A DNA stretch of 32,208 nucleotides, from contig JBMFOW010000002.1 of the NCBI GenBank assembly GCA_049969455.1, forward strand, positions 1 to 32,208, in the 5' to 3' direction. The position numbers and the translations under genes are program-made. The notes under the pieces are model-generated. The model worked only from the letters and a program-made list of their open reading frames with translations, was not told where the DNA came from and did not search any database. This DNA is from a bacterium (GTDB lineage: Bacteria; DRYD01). Positions 16,998-26,580 of the stretch are shown one piece after another; the stretch's first letter is position 1, and the number at the start of each line of letters is the position of its first letter.

Positions 16998-17498
16998 TTA
17001 CCTTACTAAATATAGTAATTTAAATACCATATACTCTTTATTATTTATAATTTTATACTTAACAAAATCATTTCTTAAATTAGAAATTAATTTTAATTGA
17101 GTATTTTTAGGCACAAAATTTTTGTTTAATTTTAAATCCCTAATTTCAAGATACAAATAAGAAATAAAGAATAAAGGATAATAATTACTATAAATCAAAA
17201 TCTGGCTATCCCAAGAACTCAAAATAAAATAAGAATGCAAACTCTTAGGAAGGTAATCCCTATAAGGATCAGTAAATAAATCTAATAAACTATTAGGTAA
17301 AGTATTCTTATCTAAATAATATCTATAACAAGCTAACATAATGTATCTTTTATTAGATACAAAAACAGCTATTTTAGCATCTTCTTGAGTTTGATTATAA
17401 TAATAATAAGCTAATAAAATTAAAATCAATACAATTAAAAATGAAATCAAAACCTCTAAAACACTATACCCTTTATATTTTTTATAAACACCTTTCAT
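16998..17498 (-). CDS. Prepilin-type N-terminal cleavage/methylation domain protein (type IV pilin/pseudopilin-like)
   Basis: 166-aa ORF. 'KKYKG|YSVLEVLISFLIVLILILLAYY' fits the class III signal: a short basic leader, Gly at -1, Glu at +5 and a hydrophobic helix. Confidence 0.6.
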   Translation of the reverse strand: MKGVYKKYKGYSVLEVLISFLIVLILILLAYYYYNQTQEDAKIAVFVSNKRYIMLACYRYYLDKNTLPNSLLDLFTDPYRDYLPKSLHSYFILSSWDSQILIYSNYYPLFFISYLYLEIRDLKLNKNFVPKNTQLKLISNLRNDFVKYKIINNKEYMVFKLLYLVR

Positions 17499-17531
17499 TT
17501 AATAATTTAAATTTTATTTTAAATTAAATTT

Positions 17532-17816
17532 CTAATATATTTCAAAATCAAAATATCCTAAATTTTCAAATTCAGTATTAGTTATTTCTTTATTTTCAAG
17601 TATATCAATTTTAGTAACTTTAGCTAAAGGAGGACCTTCTCTTATTTCTTCTATTACATAATCAACATTATCTCCAATTAATAAAACTTCAACAGTAGAA
17701 TCAGGTAAATTCTTAGCATATCCAAATACTTTAAAATTATCTGCTTTCCTTTTTATAAAATATCTCATCCCCACTCCCTGAACCTTTCCATATACCTTTA
17801 ATTTAACATATCTCAT
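17532..17816 (-). CDS. acyP: Acylphosphatase
   Basis: 94-aa ORF. 'VYGKVQGVGMRYF' and 'GYAKNLPDSTVEVLLIG' match the two acylphosphatase signatures (V.G.VQGVxFR; G.v.N..DG.VE). Confidence 0.85.
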   Translation of the reverse strand: MRYVKLKVYGKVQGVGMRYFIKRKADNFKVFGYAKNLPDSTVEVLLIGDNVDYVIEEIREGPPLAKVTKIDILENKEITNTEFENLGYFDFEIY

Positions 17817-17864
17817 AAATTATCCCTTCCTAATTAAAAAATTTATATAACTTTAATAATAAAA

Positions 17865-19232
17865 CTAAAGTTTAAAAAACAAAAAAAGCTTATTAACAAA
17901 AAATAATACTAAAAAGGCAATAGATAAAGGTAAAAAAGTAGCAATTAAAGTCCATTTAATAGAATTTGTTTCTTTATAAATAGTTAAAATAGTAGTAGAA
18001 CAAGGATTATGCAATATAGAAAACAAAATAACCAAAACAGCAGTCTTAATATTCCAACCATTAGCAATAAAAATATCATAGATACTTTTAACATTATCCA
18101 ATTCAGTAAAAATTAATTGAGAAGTATATAACATAATCAAAGAAGGAACAACTAACTCATTAGCTGGTAAAGAAATAATATAAGTTAAAATAATAACTCC
18201 ATCTAAGCCAAAGAACCTACCAAAAGGATCAAAAAATTTAATAAGATATGGTGTAATGTTAAAATAATTAATTATCCAAACAATAGCTCCAACAGGAGCA
18301 GCCATGTATATTGCTCTTAATAAAACAAATATTGTCCTATCTATTATAGATAATTTCAATATATTTAATATATTAGGTTTTCTAAAAGGAGGTAATTCTA
18401 GAATATAGAAACTTAAAACATCTTTTAAAATAGTTTTAGATAAACCAAAAGATAAAATAATAGTAAAAATAAATCCAATAATAACAGCAAAAACTAAAGT
18501 AATAGCAGTAATAAAAGAACCTAATAATGGATTAGTTTTATAAAAAATAGGAGCAATAAATAAAGTAGATAATAAAATAAGTAATGGCCATCTACCATTA
18601 CAGGGCATTAAATTATTTGTTATTATTGCTATTAGTCTTTCTTTAGGAGATTTTATTATTCTTGTAGAAATAACTCCAGCAGCATTACAACCAAATCCCA
18701 TAGCCATAGTTAATGCTTGGTTCCCTGTAGATCCTACTAACTTAAATAACTTATCTAAATTATAAGCTATTCTTGGAAGCAAACCTAAATCTTCTAATAA
18801 AGTAAAAAGTGGAAAAAATATTGCCATAGGAGGCAACATCACACTAACAACTGCGCTTAAACTCTTATAAACCCCATCTATTAAAAAACTTATAAAAATA
18901 TCAGGTATTTTTAAAAACTTTAAGACTAATCTTAAAATATTTTCTACAAATGAAAGAATAGAAGCTAATATATCGCTAATATAATTAGCTCCTATTATTG
19001 TTATCCATAGAACGATAGTAAGCAGGAAAACAATAGTAATAAGGCCACCAATCCTAGAAGTTAAAAAATTATCCAATACTTCTTCTATTTTATTCCATTT
19101 AGTTTCCTTATATACTACAACATCCCTAACAATATTATCTATATTATGATATATATTCTCTATTATCTGATCATTTAATGAATTATTATATTCAACTCTT
19201 TTAGAATCAATTTTTTTAAAGAAATCTTCCAT
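17865..19232 (-). CDS. FeoB-like ferrous iron transporter, membrane (gate/nucleoside-recognition) domains only; no G domain
   Basis: 455-aa polytopic ORF. 'GFGCNAAGVISTRIIKSPKERLIAIITNNLMPCNGRWPLL' matches the conserved FeoB gate motif (GFGCNVPAi..tR...R...i...p.m.C.aRlpv). The ORF begins after the position where the N-terminal GTPase domain would lie. No GxxxxGKS/T is present. Confidence 0.7.
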   Translation of the reverse strand: MEDFFKKIDSKRVEYNNSLNDQIIENIYHNIDNIVRDVVVYKETKWNKIEEVLDNFLTSRIGGLITIVFLLTIVLWITIIGANYISDILASILSFVENILRLVLKFLKIPDIFISFLIDGVYKSLSAVVSVMLPPMAIFFPLFTLLEDLGLLPRIAYNLDKLFKLVGSTGNQALTMAMGFGCNAAGVISTRIIKSPKERLIAIITNNLMPCNGRWPLLILLSTLFIAPIFYKTNPLLGSFITAITLVFAVIIGFIFTIILSFGLSKTILKDVLSFYILELPPFRKPNILNILKLSIIDRTIFVLLRAIYMAAPVGAIVWIINYFNITPYLIKFFDPFGRFFGLDGVIILTYIISLPANELVVPSLIMLYTSQLIFTELDNVKSIYDIFIANGWNIKTAVLVILFSILHNPCSTTILTIYKETNSIKWTLIATFLPLSIAFLVLFFVNKLFLFFKL

Positions 19233-19755
19233 TTTTTATATCCTAATTTTTTAATTACTCTATTTTAGTTATTTCCAAACTCTCTTTTAATAGATAAAAC
19301 GCTTCCCAATAAAAAATTCTTTATTTTCTAATTTAAACCTTTAATTAACATTTACTTTACTAATTATATTCAAAATTTATTATTTTTATGAATTTCAATA
19401 GTAATTAAATAAATTTTTTTCATAATTTAAATATAAAAAATATATTATCTTTACTTTTTTTATTATTTTTACTTTTTCTTATTTAAGCTTTTTCTTATTT
19501 AATTTCTAATACTTTAAATTATACTATAATCCAATTTATATAAAATATAACCAAATTAAAGAATATTTTTCTTCCAATTTTAATCTTTAATACATATAAT
19601 AAATTATCCTTATTAAAATAGATATAAAATTCTTGATAATAATATAAACTCAAAATTTTTTTTAAATTTTAGAACAATATAATTTTAATTTAATGGATTT
19701 AATTTTTTAAGAAAAATAAAAGATAAATTAATAATGTAATTTCAGTTATTAAAAT

Positions 19756-21444
19756 TTAGTTATTAAAATATGGTTTTAGGTTATACATACTGGTAATAAT
19801 GAGTACAGCTTTGTTAAAAATAGGAGCAGCTACTTGACCCCCATAATACATTCCAACAGGTTCTTTAACAACAACAAATATAATATACTGAGGGTCAAAA
19901 TAAGGGAAAAATCCAACAAAAGAAGCAGCATACTTACCTGGTTCATATCCACCTTTATCAGAAATCATTTGAGCAGTACCAGTTTTACCTGCACAAAAAT
20001 AACCTTCTACTTCAGCTTTCTTACCCGTACCCCTAACAACTACACTCCTTAAATATTTTCTTATCTCTTTTATAGCATAATCACTTAAAACCTTAGGATT
20101 TTTTTTATAATCTTTATTTTTATCTTTAATAAAAGTTAAATTAACTTTATATCCTCCATTAGCTATTATAGTCATTAATTTAGTAATATGTAATGGACTA
20201 ATAGCAATTCCTTGTCCAAAAGAAATAGTAGCAAACCTAACTAAAGGTTCATTATTTAAATCACCTATTAAAGGTTTAACATCTGAAGGATGCTCAACAC
20301 CACTTAATTCATAAAAACCAAGTTTATTTAAATATTCAATAAATTTTTTAGTACCAATTCTTTTCATAACAGATACAGTACCTACATTAAATGAATAAGT
20401 AAGGATATCTTCTAAGTTTTCAAAACCAGAAGTATATAACCCATCATCAGCATTAGATATAGTCCATCCATCTATAATAATACTTGGTCCACTAAAAAAC
20501 TTTTCATCAGGAGATACCCCATTATCTAAAGCACTAACAATAGTAAAAATCTTAAAAATAGAACCAGGTTCATACATCTTAGCTATTGCATTAACTTGAT
20601 AATTAACATGCTCTTTTTCTTTACTAACACATGCTAAAATTTCACCGTATATATTAGCTACAACTATAGAAACTTCTTTAGCATTATGTTCTATTAATTT
20701 CTGATAAGCTAAATTAGACAAAGCACTTTGTAATCTTGCATCTATTGATAAGATAACATCTTGACCATCTATAGGTTTTTTATAATCAATAACTTTAGTA
20801 TAGATAGGATTTCCCTGACCATCAAATTGCAAAATATAATATCCATCTTGACCTCTTATTTTACTATTTTTATCTAAATATAACTCTAATCCTTCTAATC
20901 CTCTTTCATCAATATCTACTACACCGATTATATCCGTTAAATCTTTAAAATTATAAATTCTTTTACCACTTGGTTCCCTAATTATTTCAATTGAACTAAT
21001 ATTACTAAAAAAATTATTAAATATTTCATCATAATTATAAGCTTCAATGGTTTTACGAGATAACCATACAAACGGTACCCTCTCTTCCTTTAATTTCAAT
21101 ATTTCATCTTTAGTAAAATAAGGTTTAATATTTAATTTTTTTAAGATATTAAAAATATAATCTAATTCTTTATCATTAGTTAAAGTAGGCCTTATAGCAA
21201 TACTATAATAAGGAATAGAATAAGCTAAAACTAAATTATTTCTATCTAAAATTCTCCCTCTAAATGAATTGATTTCTACCTTACCTACAGTTTGATTTTG
21301 AGCTTTTTTCATATAAAATTCTCTATTTATTAAATGAATACTAATAAGTTTATAAACAATTATTAAAACAACTAACAAAGAAAAATAAAAAATAAAAGAA
21401 ATCCGGTTTTTAAATATTTTTTCGAATTCTTTATATTTTTTCAT
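19756..21444 (-). CDS. Class B penicillin-binding protein (FtsI/PBP2-type transpeptidase)
   Basis: 562-aa ORF with an N-terminal membrane anchor. The three motifs are SxxK 'GSIFK', SxN 'ISNAD' and KTG 'GKTGTA'. There is no recognisable SD. The ATG at 21444 lies 2 nt from the end of the grpE-derived repeat. Confidence 0.85.
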   Translation of the reverse strand: MKKYKEFEKIFKNRISFIFYFSLLVVLIIVYKLISIHLINREFYMKKAQNQTVGKVEINSFRGRILDRNNLVLAYSIPYYSIAIRPTLTNDKELDYIFNILKKLNIKPYFTKDEILKLKEERVPFVWLSRKTIEAYNYDEIFNNFFSNISSIEIIREPSGKRIYNFKDLTDIIGVVDIDERGLEGLELYLDKNSKIRGQDGYYILQFDGQGNPIYTKVIDYKKPIDGQDVILSIDARLQSALSNLAYQKLIEHNAKEVSIVVANIYGEILACVSKEKEHVNYQVNAIAKMYEPGSIFKIFTIVSALDNGVSPDEKFFSGPSIIIDGWTISNADDGLYTSGFENLEDILTYSFNVGTVSVMKRIGTKKFIEYLNKLGFYELSGVEHPSDVKPLIGDLNNEPLVRFATISFGQGIAISPLHITKLMTIIANGGYKVNLTFIKDKNKDYKKNPKVLSDYAIKEIRKYLRSVVVRGTGKKAEVEGYFCAGKTGTAQMISDKGGYEPGKYAASFVGFFPYFDPQYIIFVVVKEPVGMYYGGQVAAPIFNKAVLIITSMYNLKPYFNN

Positions 21445-21445
21445 A

Positions 21446-21737
21446 ACTATTAATTATATCCATTCCTTCATTTTTTAATACATCAAGTAATTGAGAATAA
21501 ATTAAACTAACTCCCTTTTTTATAGTCTCTATATCATTTACATTTTCATTTATTGATTTTAATGAAATTTCAAAACTATCAATCACTGGAATTAAATTAG
21601 TTATTATTCTTTCCTTAGCTTCTCTTTTCATTTTTTCAAAATTCTTTTCCATTCTATTAATATAACTTTCATAATTTTCTTTGGGATTTTTATAAGCTTC
21701 AACTATTTGTTGATATTTTTGTAATAAATTATAATAA
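21446..21737 (-). pseudogene. grpE internal fragment (duplicate of grpE 25050-25333 plus a decaying tail)
   Basis: 21446-21729 aligns to 25050-25333 with no indels and 4 substitutions by my count (offset 3604 bp). It covers 'LLQKYQQIVEAYKN...VLKNEGM(D/E)IINS' and lacks both the N-terminus and the C-terminal beta domain of GrpE. The track ORF 21431-21652 (73 aa) is the part downstream of an internal Met. Confidence 0.9.
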
Positions 21738-21738
21738 T

Positions 21739-22896
21739 TTATTTCTTTTTTTTACGAAAAATCTTGGAAAATATATTATCTCCATTTTTATTATTAACAC
21801 TATGATTAACATTATTATTACTGTTATTAAATAAATGTTTAATATCTTCTAAAGCTTTTCGTTGTTCATTGGTTAATTTTTCAGGAATTTTTAGATCTAT
21901 TTTTACAATTAGGTTTCCTTTTTTTGTGGAATCTTTTATAGGCATCCCATGATTTTGAATAATAAACTCTTTATTAGGCTGAGTACCTGGAGGTATCTCT
22001 AAATCCACGAATCCTTCAATAGTTGGTATCTTAATTTTAGTACCCAATATAGCATCTATAAAATTAATTGGAATAGTTATATATAAATCATTACCTTTTC
22101 TTTTAAAAAGAGAATGTTCTAGAATTTTTATATAAATATAAAGATCTCCATTTTTACCACCATTTAGTCCCTCATGTCCTTTATTTGGTATAATTAATAT
22201 ATCGTTATTATCTACTCCTTTAGGTATATTTACCTCTATTTCTTCTTGTTTTGCTACATACTTACTTCCATTACATTTATAGCAATTTTTATCAACAGTA
22301 AAGCCATAACCATTACATTGAGGACAAATATGAGAAGTTAAAATAGTACCAAAAAATGACTTAGTTTTATAAGAAACCTGACCAGTTCCATTACATACTT
22401 TACATTTTTTTATATCTTCTTTTAAGAAACCTAATCCTTGACATGTTTCACAAACTTTTTTTACTAAAACATTTACTTTCTTATTAACTCCAAAATAAGC
22501 ATCTTCTAAACTTATTTCTAATGTTAATTTTATATCTTGTCCCTTTACGGGTCTAAATACATAATCTTTATAATCTTTAGCAGTCCTTGATTCAAAAACA
22601 AATTCTCCAAATAAATCAGAAAATAAATCAAAAATATCAGCAGTAGAATAAGATCCATAATTATAAGAAGAAGTAGAAGAAGGATCTAAAGTACCATATT
22701 TATCATAAATTTTTCTTTTTTCAGGATCTGATAATACCTGATAAGCTTCATTGATTTCTCTAAATTTTTTTTCAGCTTCTTCTTTATTTTCAGCAATATC
22801 TGGATGATATTTTTTAGCTAAAACCCTATAAGCAGCTTTTATCTCTTCTATTGTAGCATTTCTACTAACCCCTAAAATTTCATAATAATCTTTCAT
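21739..22896 (-). CDS. dnaJ: Molecular chaperone DnaJ
   Basis: 385-aa ORF. The J domain carries 'YHPD'. Four CxxCxGxG zinc-finger repeats are present ('CETCQGLG', 'CKVCNGTG', 'CPQCNGYG', 'CYKCNGSK'), followed by C-terminal substrate-binding domains. Confidence 0.95.
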   Translation of the reverse strand: MKDYYEILGVSRNATIEEIKAAYRVLAKKYHPDIAENKEEAEKKFREINEAYQVLSDPEKRKIYDKYGTLDPSSTSSYNYGSYSTADIFDLFSDLFGEFVFESRTAKDYKDYVFRPVKGQDIKLTLEISLEDAYFGVNKKVNVLVKKVCETCQGLGFLKEDIKKCKVCNGTGQVSYKTKSFFGTILTSHICPQCNGYGFTVDKNCYKCNGSKYVAKQEEIEVNIPKGVDNNDILIIPNKGHEGLNGGKNGDLYIYIKILEHSLFKRKGNDLYITIPINFIDAILGTKIKIPTIEGFVDLEIPPGTQPNKEFIIQNHGMPIKDSTKKGNLIVKIDLKIPEKLTNEQRKALEDIKHLFNNSNNNVNHSVNNKNGDNIFSKIFRKKKK

Positions 22897-22929
22897 AACT
22901 CTTTAAATATTATTAATCTTTAAATATTA

Positions 22930-24834
22930 TTAATTAGAATCAGATTTCTTCCTTTTAAACCAAGATAAAATATCTTCATCCTTAACTTGTTTAATCTGTT
23001 CTAATATAGTATCTCCCTTAGTTTTTTGAGCACTGGTAGCAGGATTAACATTTTGAGATAAATTTTGTAATTCTTCTTGTTTTTGAACCCCCTGTTTTTC
23101 CATTATATTATATAATTCAGTACCCAATGAAAAATTAATACTTCTTAATTCTTCAGTATATTTTTTTATTTCTTCTATATTTTTAGAAGTTAAAGCTAAT
23201 TGCAAATGATTTAAAGCTTTTTTAGCTTTATCAACTAATTTAGGATCAAAAATAACTTCATAATTTTTTAATAGATTCTCAGCAATTTCTATTTCTACAT
23301 TAGCACGTGAAATAGCAGTTTGCTCTTCTCTTATTTTTCTATCAGTTTGCGCATGCTTAGCAGCATCTTCTATCATCTTTTCTACCTCTGATCTATCTAA
23401 ATGTAAAGCAGAATGAATAACTACCTTTTGTTTATTCCCTGTAGCTAAATCTGTAGCACTTACATGTAAAATTCCATCAGCATCTATCTCAAAAGTTACC
23501 TCAATTTTAGGAACACCTCTTGGAGCAGGTGGAATTCCTACTAGTTCAAATCTTGCTAATGATTTGTTATATTTAGCTAATTCACGCTCCCCTTGTAAAA
23601 CATGAACTTCTACAGTAGTTTGCCCATCTTGCACAGTTGTAAATATCTTTGATTTCTTTACAGGTATCTGAGTATTTCTTGGTATAATTTTAGTGAATCC
23701 TCCACCAGCAGTTTCAACACCAATTGATAAAGAAGTAACATCAAGTAAAACCATTTCTTTAACATTACCTTCAATTATTCCAGCTTGTATAGCAGCACCT
23801 ATAGCAACTACTTTATCAGGATCTATATCAGCCCTAGGTTCTTTGTTAAATATTTTTTTAGCCATTTCTCTAACCATAGGCATTCTTGTAGAACCACCAA
23901 CCAATATAACTTCATCTACTTGATTATATCTAAGATTAGCATCTTTAAAAGCTTGTTCTACAGGTCCTCTTAATCTTTCTACTAAATCTTTTGTCATTTC
24001 CTCAAATTCTTTACGTGTTAATTTATAATTTATATGCTTAGGACCTGTAACATCAGATGCAATAAATGGTATTTTTATAACAGTTTCTTCTTTTGAAGAT
24101 AATTCTATTTTAGCCCGTTCTGAAGCTTCTAAAATTTTTTGCATTGCTTCCCTTTGTAATCTTAAATCAATATTATACTCATTTAAAAATTTATCAACAA
24201 TCCAGTTAAGTATTCTATTATCCCAATCATCACCACCTAAGAAATTATCACCAGCAGTACCCAAAACTTCAAAAATACCTTCACCTATTTGTAAAATAGA
24301 AACATCAAAAGTACCTCCTCCTAAATCAAATACAACAATAGTTTGGATTTTATCTTGTTTATCAAACCCATAAGCCATAGCAGCAGCAGTAGGTTCATTT
24401 AAAATTCTAACAACTTCTAAACCAGCAATAGTACCAGCATCCTTAGTAGCTTGCCTTTGAGCATCATCAAAATGCGCAGGTACCGTTATTACTGCTTTCT
24501 CTATTTTAGTTTCTAAATAATTTTCTGCATCTAACTTCATTTTTTGTAATATCATTGCACTTATTTCCTGAGGAGTATATTCAATATCCCCTATTTTAAC
24601 TTTATAATCTGTTCCTATTTTTCTTTTAATACTTTTTATAGTTCTTTCAGGATTAATAGCTAATTGCCTTTTAGCTAAAGAACCTACTATTCTATCACCA
24701 GTTTTAGTAAAACTAACGACAGATGGAGTTAAGTATTCACCCTCGGAGTTGGGAATAACAACAGGTTTTCCAGCTTCAATTATAGCCATAACACTGTTAG
24801 TAGTACCCAAATCTATTCCTATAATTTTAGGCAT
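22930..24834 (-). CDS. dnaK: Molecular chaperone DnaK (Hsp70)
   Basis: Hsp70 signatures are '[10 protein letters not shown]', '[12 protein letters not shown]' and '[10 protein letters not shown]'. I place the start at ATG 24834 ('[10 protein letters not shown]'), 8 nt after a GAGGTGA SD. The track ORF starts at GTG 24846. Confidence 0.95.
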   Translation of the reverse strand: MPKIIGIDLGTTNSVMAIIEAGKPVVIPNSEGEYLTPSVVSFTKTGDRIVGSLAKRQLAINPERTIKSIKRKIGTDYKVKIGDIEYTPQEISAMILQKMKLDAENYLETKIEKAVITVPAHFDDAQRQATKDAGTIAGLEVVRILNEPTAAAMAYGFDKQDKIQTIVVFDLGGGTFDVSILQIGEGIFEVLGTAGDNFLGGDDWDNRILNWIVDKFLNEYNIDLRLQREAMQKILEASERAKIELSSKEETVIKIPFIASDVTGPKHINYKLTRKEFEEMTKDLVERLRGPVEQAFKDANLRYNQVDEVILVGGSTRMPMVREMAKKIFNKEPRADIDPDKVVAIGAAIQAGIIEGNVKEMVLLDVTSLSIGVETAGGGFTKIIPRNTQIPVKKSKIFTTVQDGQTTVEVHVLQGERELAKYNKSLARFELVGIPPAPRGVPKIEVTFEIDADGILHVSATDLATGNKQKVVIHSALHLDRSEVEKMIEDAAKHAQTDRKIREEQTAISRANVEIEIAENLLKNYEVIFDPKLVDKAKKALNHLQLALTSKNIEEIKKYTEELRSINFSLGTELYNIMEKQGVQKQEELQNLSQNVNPATSAQKTKGDTILEQIKQVKDEDILSWFKRKKSDSN

Positions 24835-24866
24835 TTTAGTCTTCACCTCATTTAATTATTTTTATT

Positions 24867-25709
24867 TTAATTATTTTCATTTTGATTAATCCTGGGATTC
24901 TTAGCTACTTTTACACTAGCTGGTCTTATTATCTTATCTAATAATTTATAAGCAGGCCTATATTCTTTAATAACTGTTTCATCTTCTAATTCATCAGTTT
25001 CTACAATTTCAATAGCTTCATGTATTGAAGGATCAAATTTAGATCCTTCACTATTAATTATCTCCATTCCTTCGTTTTTTAATACATCAAGTAATTGAGA
25101 ATAAATTAAACTAACTCCCTTTTTTATAGTCTCTATATCATTTACATTTTCATTTATTGATTTTAATGAAATTTCAAAACTATCAATCACTGGAATTAAA
25201 TTAGTTATTATTCTTTCCTTAGCTTCTCTTTTCATTTTTTCAAAATTCTTTTCCATTCTATTAACATAACTTTCATAATTTTCTTTGAGATTTTTATAAG
25301 CTTCAACTATTTGTTGATATTTTTGTAATAAATCATCATATTTATTCTTAATTTCATTATTTTCCTTAATTAACTGTTCTGCTTTATCTTTAATTTTATT
25401 ATATTCATCGATATTAAACTCTTCCTTAAGTGCTTCAAATTTTTCTTTATAACTTTTATATTCTTTTATTTCTTCATTAAATTTTTCATCAAACAAAGTT
25501 AAAGCTAATCTAAATAGATCAGTTAATTGATAAATATTTTCTTCTTTTTCTAAGTTTAATAATGCATTTTTTAAGGATTCTAAAAATTTATACTTACTTA
25601 TTATTTCTTTAATAAAATCAAGGTTTTTTTGATATTTTAGTTTATTAATTTTTTCTTTTTCATAGTTTTCTATATTATTTTTACTTTGAGTATTTTCGAT
25701 TTCTTCCAT
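24867..25709 (-). CDS. grpE: Nucleotide exchange factor GrpE (with a long N-terminal coiled-coil extension)
   Basis: 280-aa ORF. The core 'NYESYVNRMEKNFEKMKREAKERIITNLIPVIDSFEISL' and 'GSKFDPSIHEAI...RPASVKV' match the GrpE pattern (FxNxrkR...LLPVxDxLexAL; FDPxxHEA). About 135 K/E/N-rich residues precede the core. The SD GGAAGGTGA lies upstream. Confidence 0.9.
   Translation of the reverse strand: MEEIENTQSKNNIENYEKEKINKLKYQKNLDFIKEIISKYKFLESLKNALLNLEKEENIYQLTDLFRLALTLFDEKFNEEIKEYKSYKEKFEALKEEFNIDEYNKIKDKAEQLIKENNEIKNKYDDLLQKYQQIVEAYKNLKENYESYVNRMEKNFEKMKREAKERIITNLIPVIDSFEISLKSINENVNDIETIKKGVSLIYSQLLDVLKNEGMEIINSEGSKFDPSIHEAIEIVETDELEDETVIKEYRPAYKLLDKIIRPASVKVAKNPRINQNENN
25050..25333 (-). 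repeat. Parent copy of the 284-bp direct repeat (inside intact grpE)
   Basis: See 21446-21737. Same orientation, 4 mismatches, no gaps. Confidence 0.9.
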
Positions 25710-25856
25710 TTTTTTATCACCTTCCTATTTAAAAGATTCTACTTTATAAAAAAAAAACCCTTTTCATTTACTTTTTTCACATTTTTTTTACTTTTTTAAT
25801 AAAAAATTAATTATATTTAAAACATAAAAAAAATAGAAGGGGGGGTAAAAGCATAG

Positions 25857-26564
25857 GTGTATATTTTATCAGTAAGCACATTTTCATTAAATTCTTCATT
25901 TAGCTTACTTAAAAAAGAAAATAATAATTTAAAAACTATAATAGAATTTAATTTATATTATAACGATATAGATAATCAATCTCAATTAAGTATTTTTCCT
26001 TACTTCTTTAAATTAGTAAAAGACAAAATAGGAATTAACTTAAAAGATATAAAGCAAGTTTTAATATTAAAAGGTCCCGGATTTTTTACATCCTTAAGGA
26101 TAGGTACAATTATATCACAAACTATAGCATTTATAAATCAAGCTGATTTATACTCTATTGACACCTTTAAAGCTATTTTAAATGTTTTTTATTACTTTTA
26201 TAAAGAATATATAACCCCTAAAGATAATATTCTAGCTATTATTAAAGTAGCAAGTAATAAATTCAAATTAGCTAAATTAAATAATTTTTTAAATAATAAA
26301 GAAGATAATTTCATAACAGAAGATCTCAATAAAAATGAATTATATCAAAAACTAAAACAATATTCCTTAAATAATAAAATAATTTTAATATCTCCCAATA
26401 TGGAATTAGAAGATATACTAGAACTAAAAGATATCCTAAAAGAATCTGGAATAAATTTTATAGATTTAAGAGATATTTTTAATTCATCTAATATAGCTAA
26501 AGCTTCTTTTTATTTAAATAATATTCAAAAAGAAGATCCTTTATTAGTTCAATTAAATTACTAA
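25857..26564 (+). CDS. tsaB: tRNA t6A37 biosynthesis protein TsaB (YeaZ family)
   Basis: 235-aa ORF with a GTG start. The N-terminus 'YILSVSTFS' (compare 'ILAIDTS') and 'LILKGPGFFTSLRIGTIISQTIAF' match the TsaB 'GPGSFTGLRIG' motif. It is divergent from grpE. Confidence 0.7.
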   Translation: MYILSVSTFSLNSSFSLLKKENNNLKTIIEFNLYYNDIDNQSQLSIFPYFFKLVKDKIGINLKDIKQVLILKGPGFFTSLRIGTIISQTIAFINQADLYSIDTFKAILNVFYYFYKEYITPKDNILAIIKVASNKFKLAKLNNFLNNKEDNFITEDLNKNELYQKLKQYSLNNKIILISPNMELEDILELKDILKESGINFIDLRDIFNSSNIAKASFYLNNIQKEDPLLVQLNY

Positions 26565-26580
26565 GTTTGGTTTAGATTTT

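Noticed and set aside
19233-19755. The 523-bp gap as a degraded FeoB G-domain or as oriC
   Set aside because: No frame retains P-loop-like or other G-domain remnants, and the sequence is almost pure A/T. Only one weak 7/9 DnaA-box-like string ('TTATCCTTA', near 19605) was seen. It is reported only as an unusually long spacer.
19834-20052. 72-aa plus-strand ORF
   Set aside because: It lies antisense inside the PBP gene.
23693-23973. Two overlapping plus-strand ORFs (76 and 62 aa)
   Set aside because: Both lie antisense inside dnaK.
21446-25333. Diversity-generating retroelement (template/variable repeat pair) as an explanation for the grpE repeats
   Set aside because: The 4 mismatches are not adenine-specific (T/G, T/C, A/G and C/T on the coding strand). 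No reverse transcriptase is present in the window. The target is a housekeeping co-chaperone.
25710-25856. Replication origin at the minus-to-plus strand switch (grpE/tsaB divergence)
   Set aside because: I see no cluster of DnaA-box-like 9-mers and no dnaA/dnaN nearby. The plus-strand block lasts only about 5 kb before the orientation flips back. It is more likely a local inversion or an ordinary divergent promoter region.
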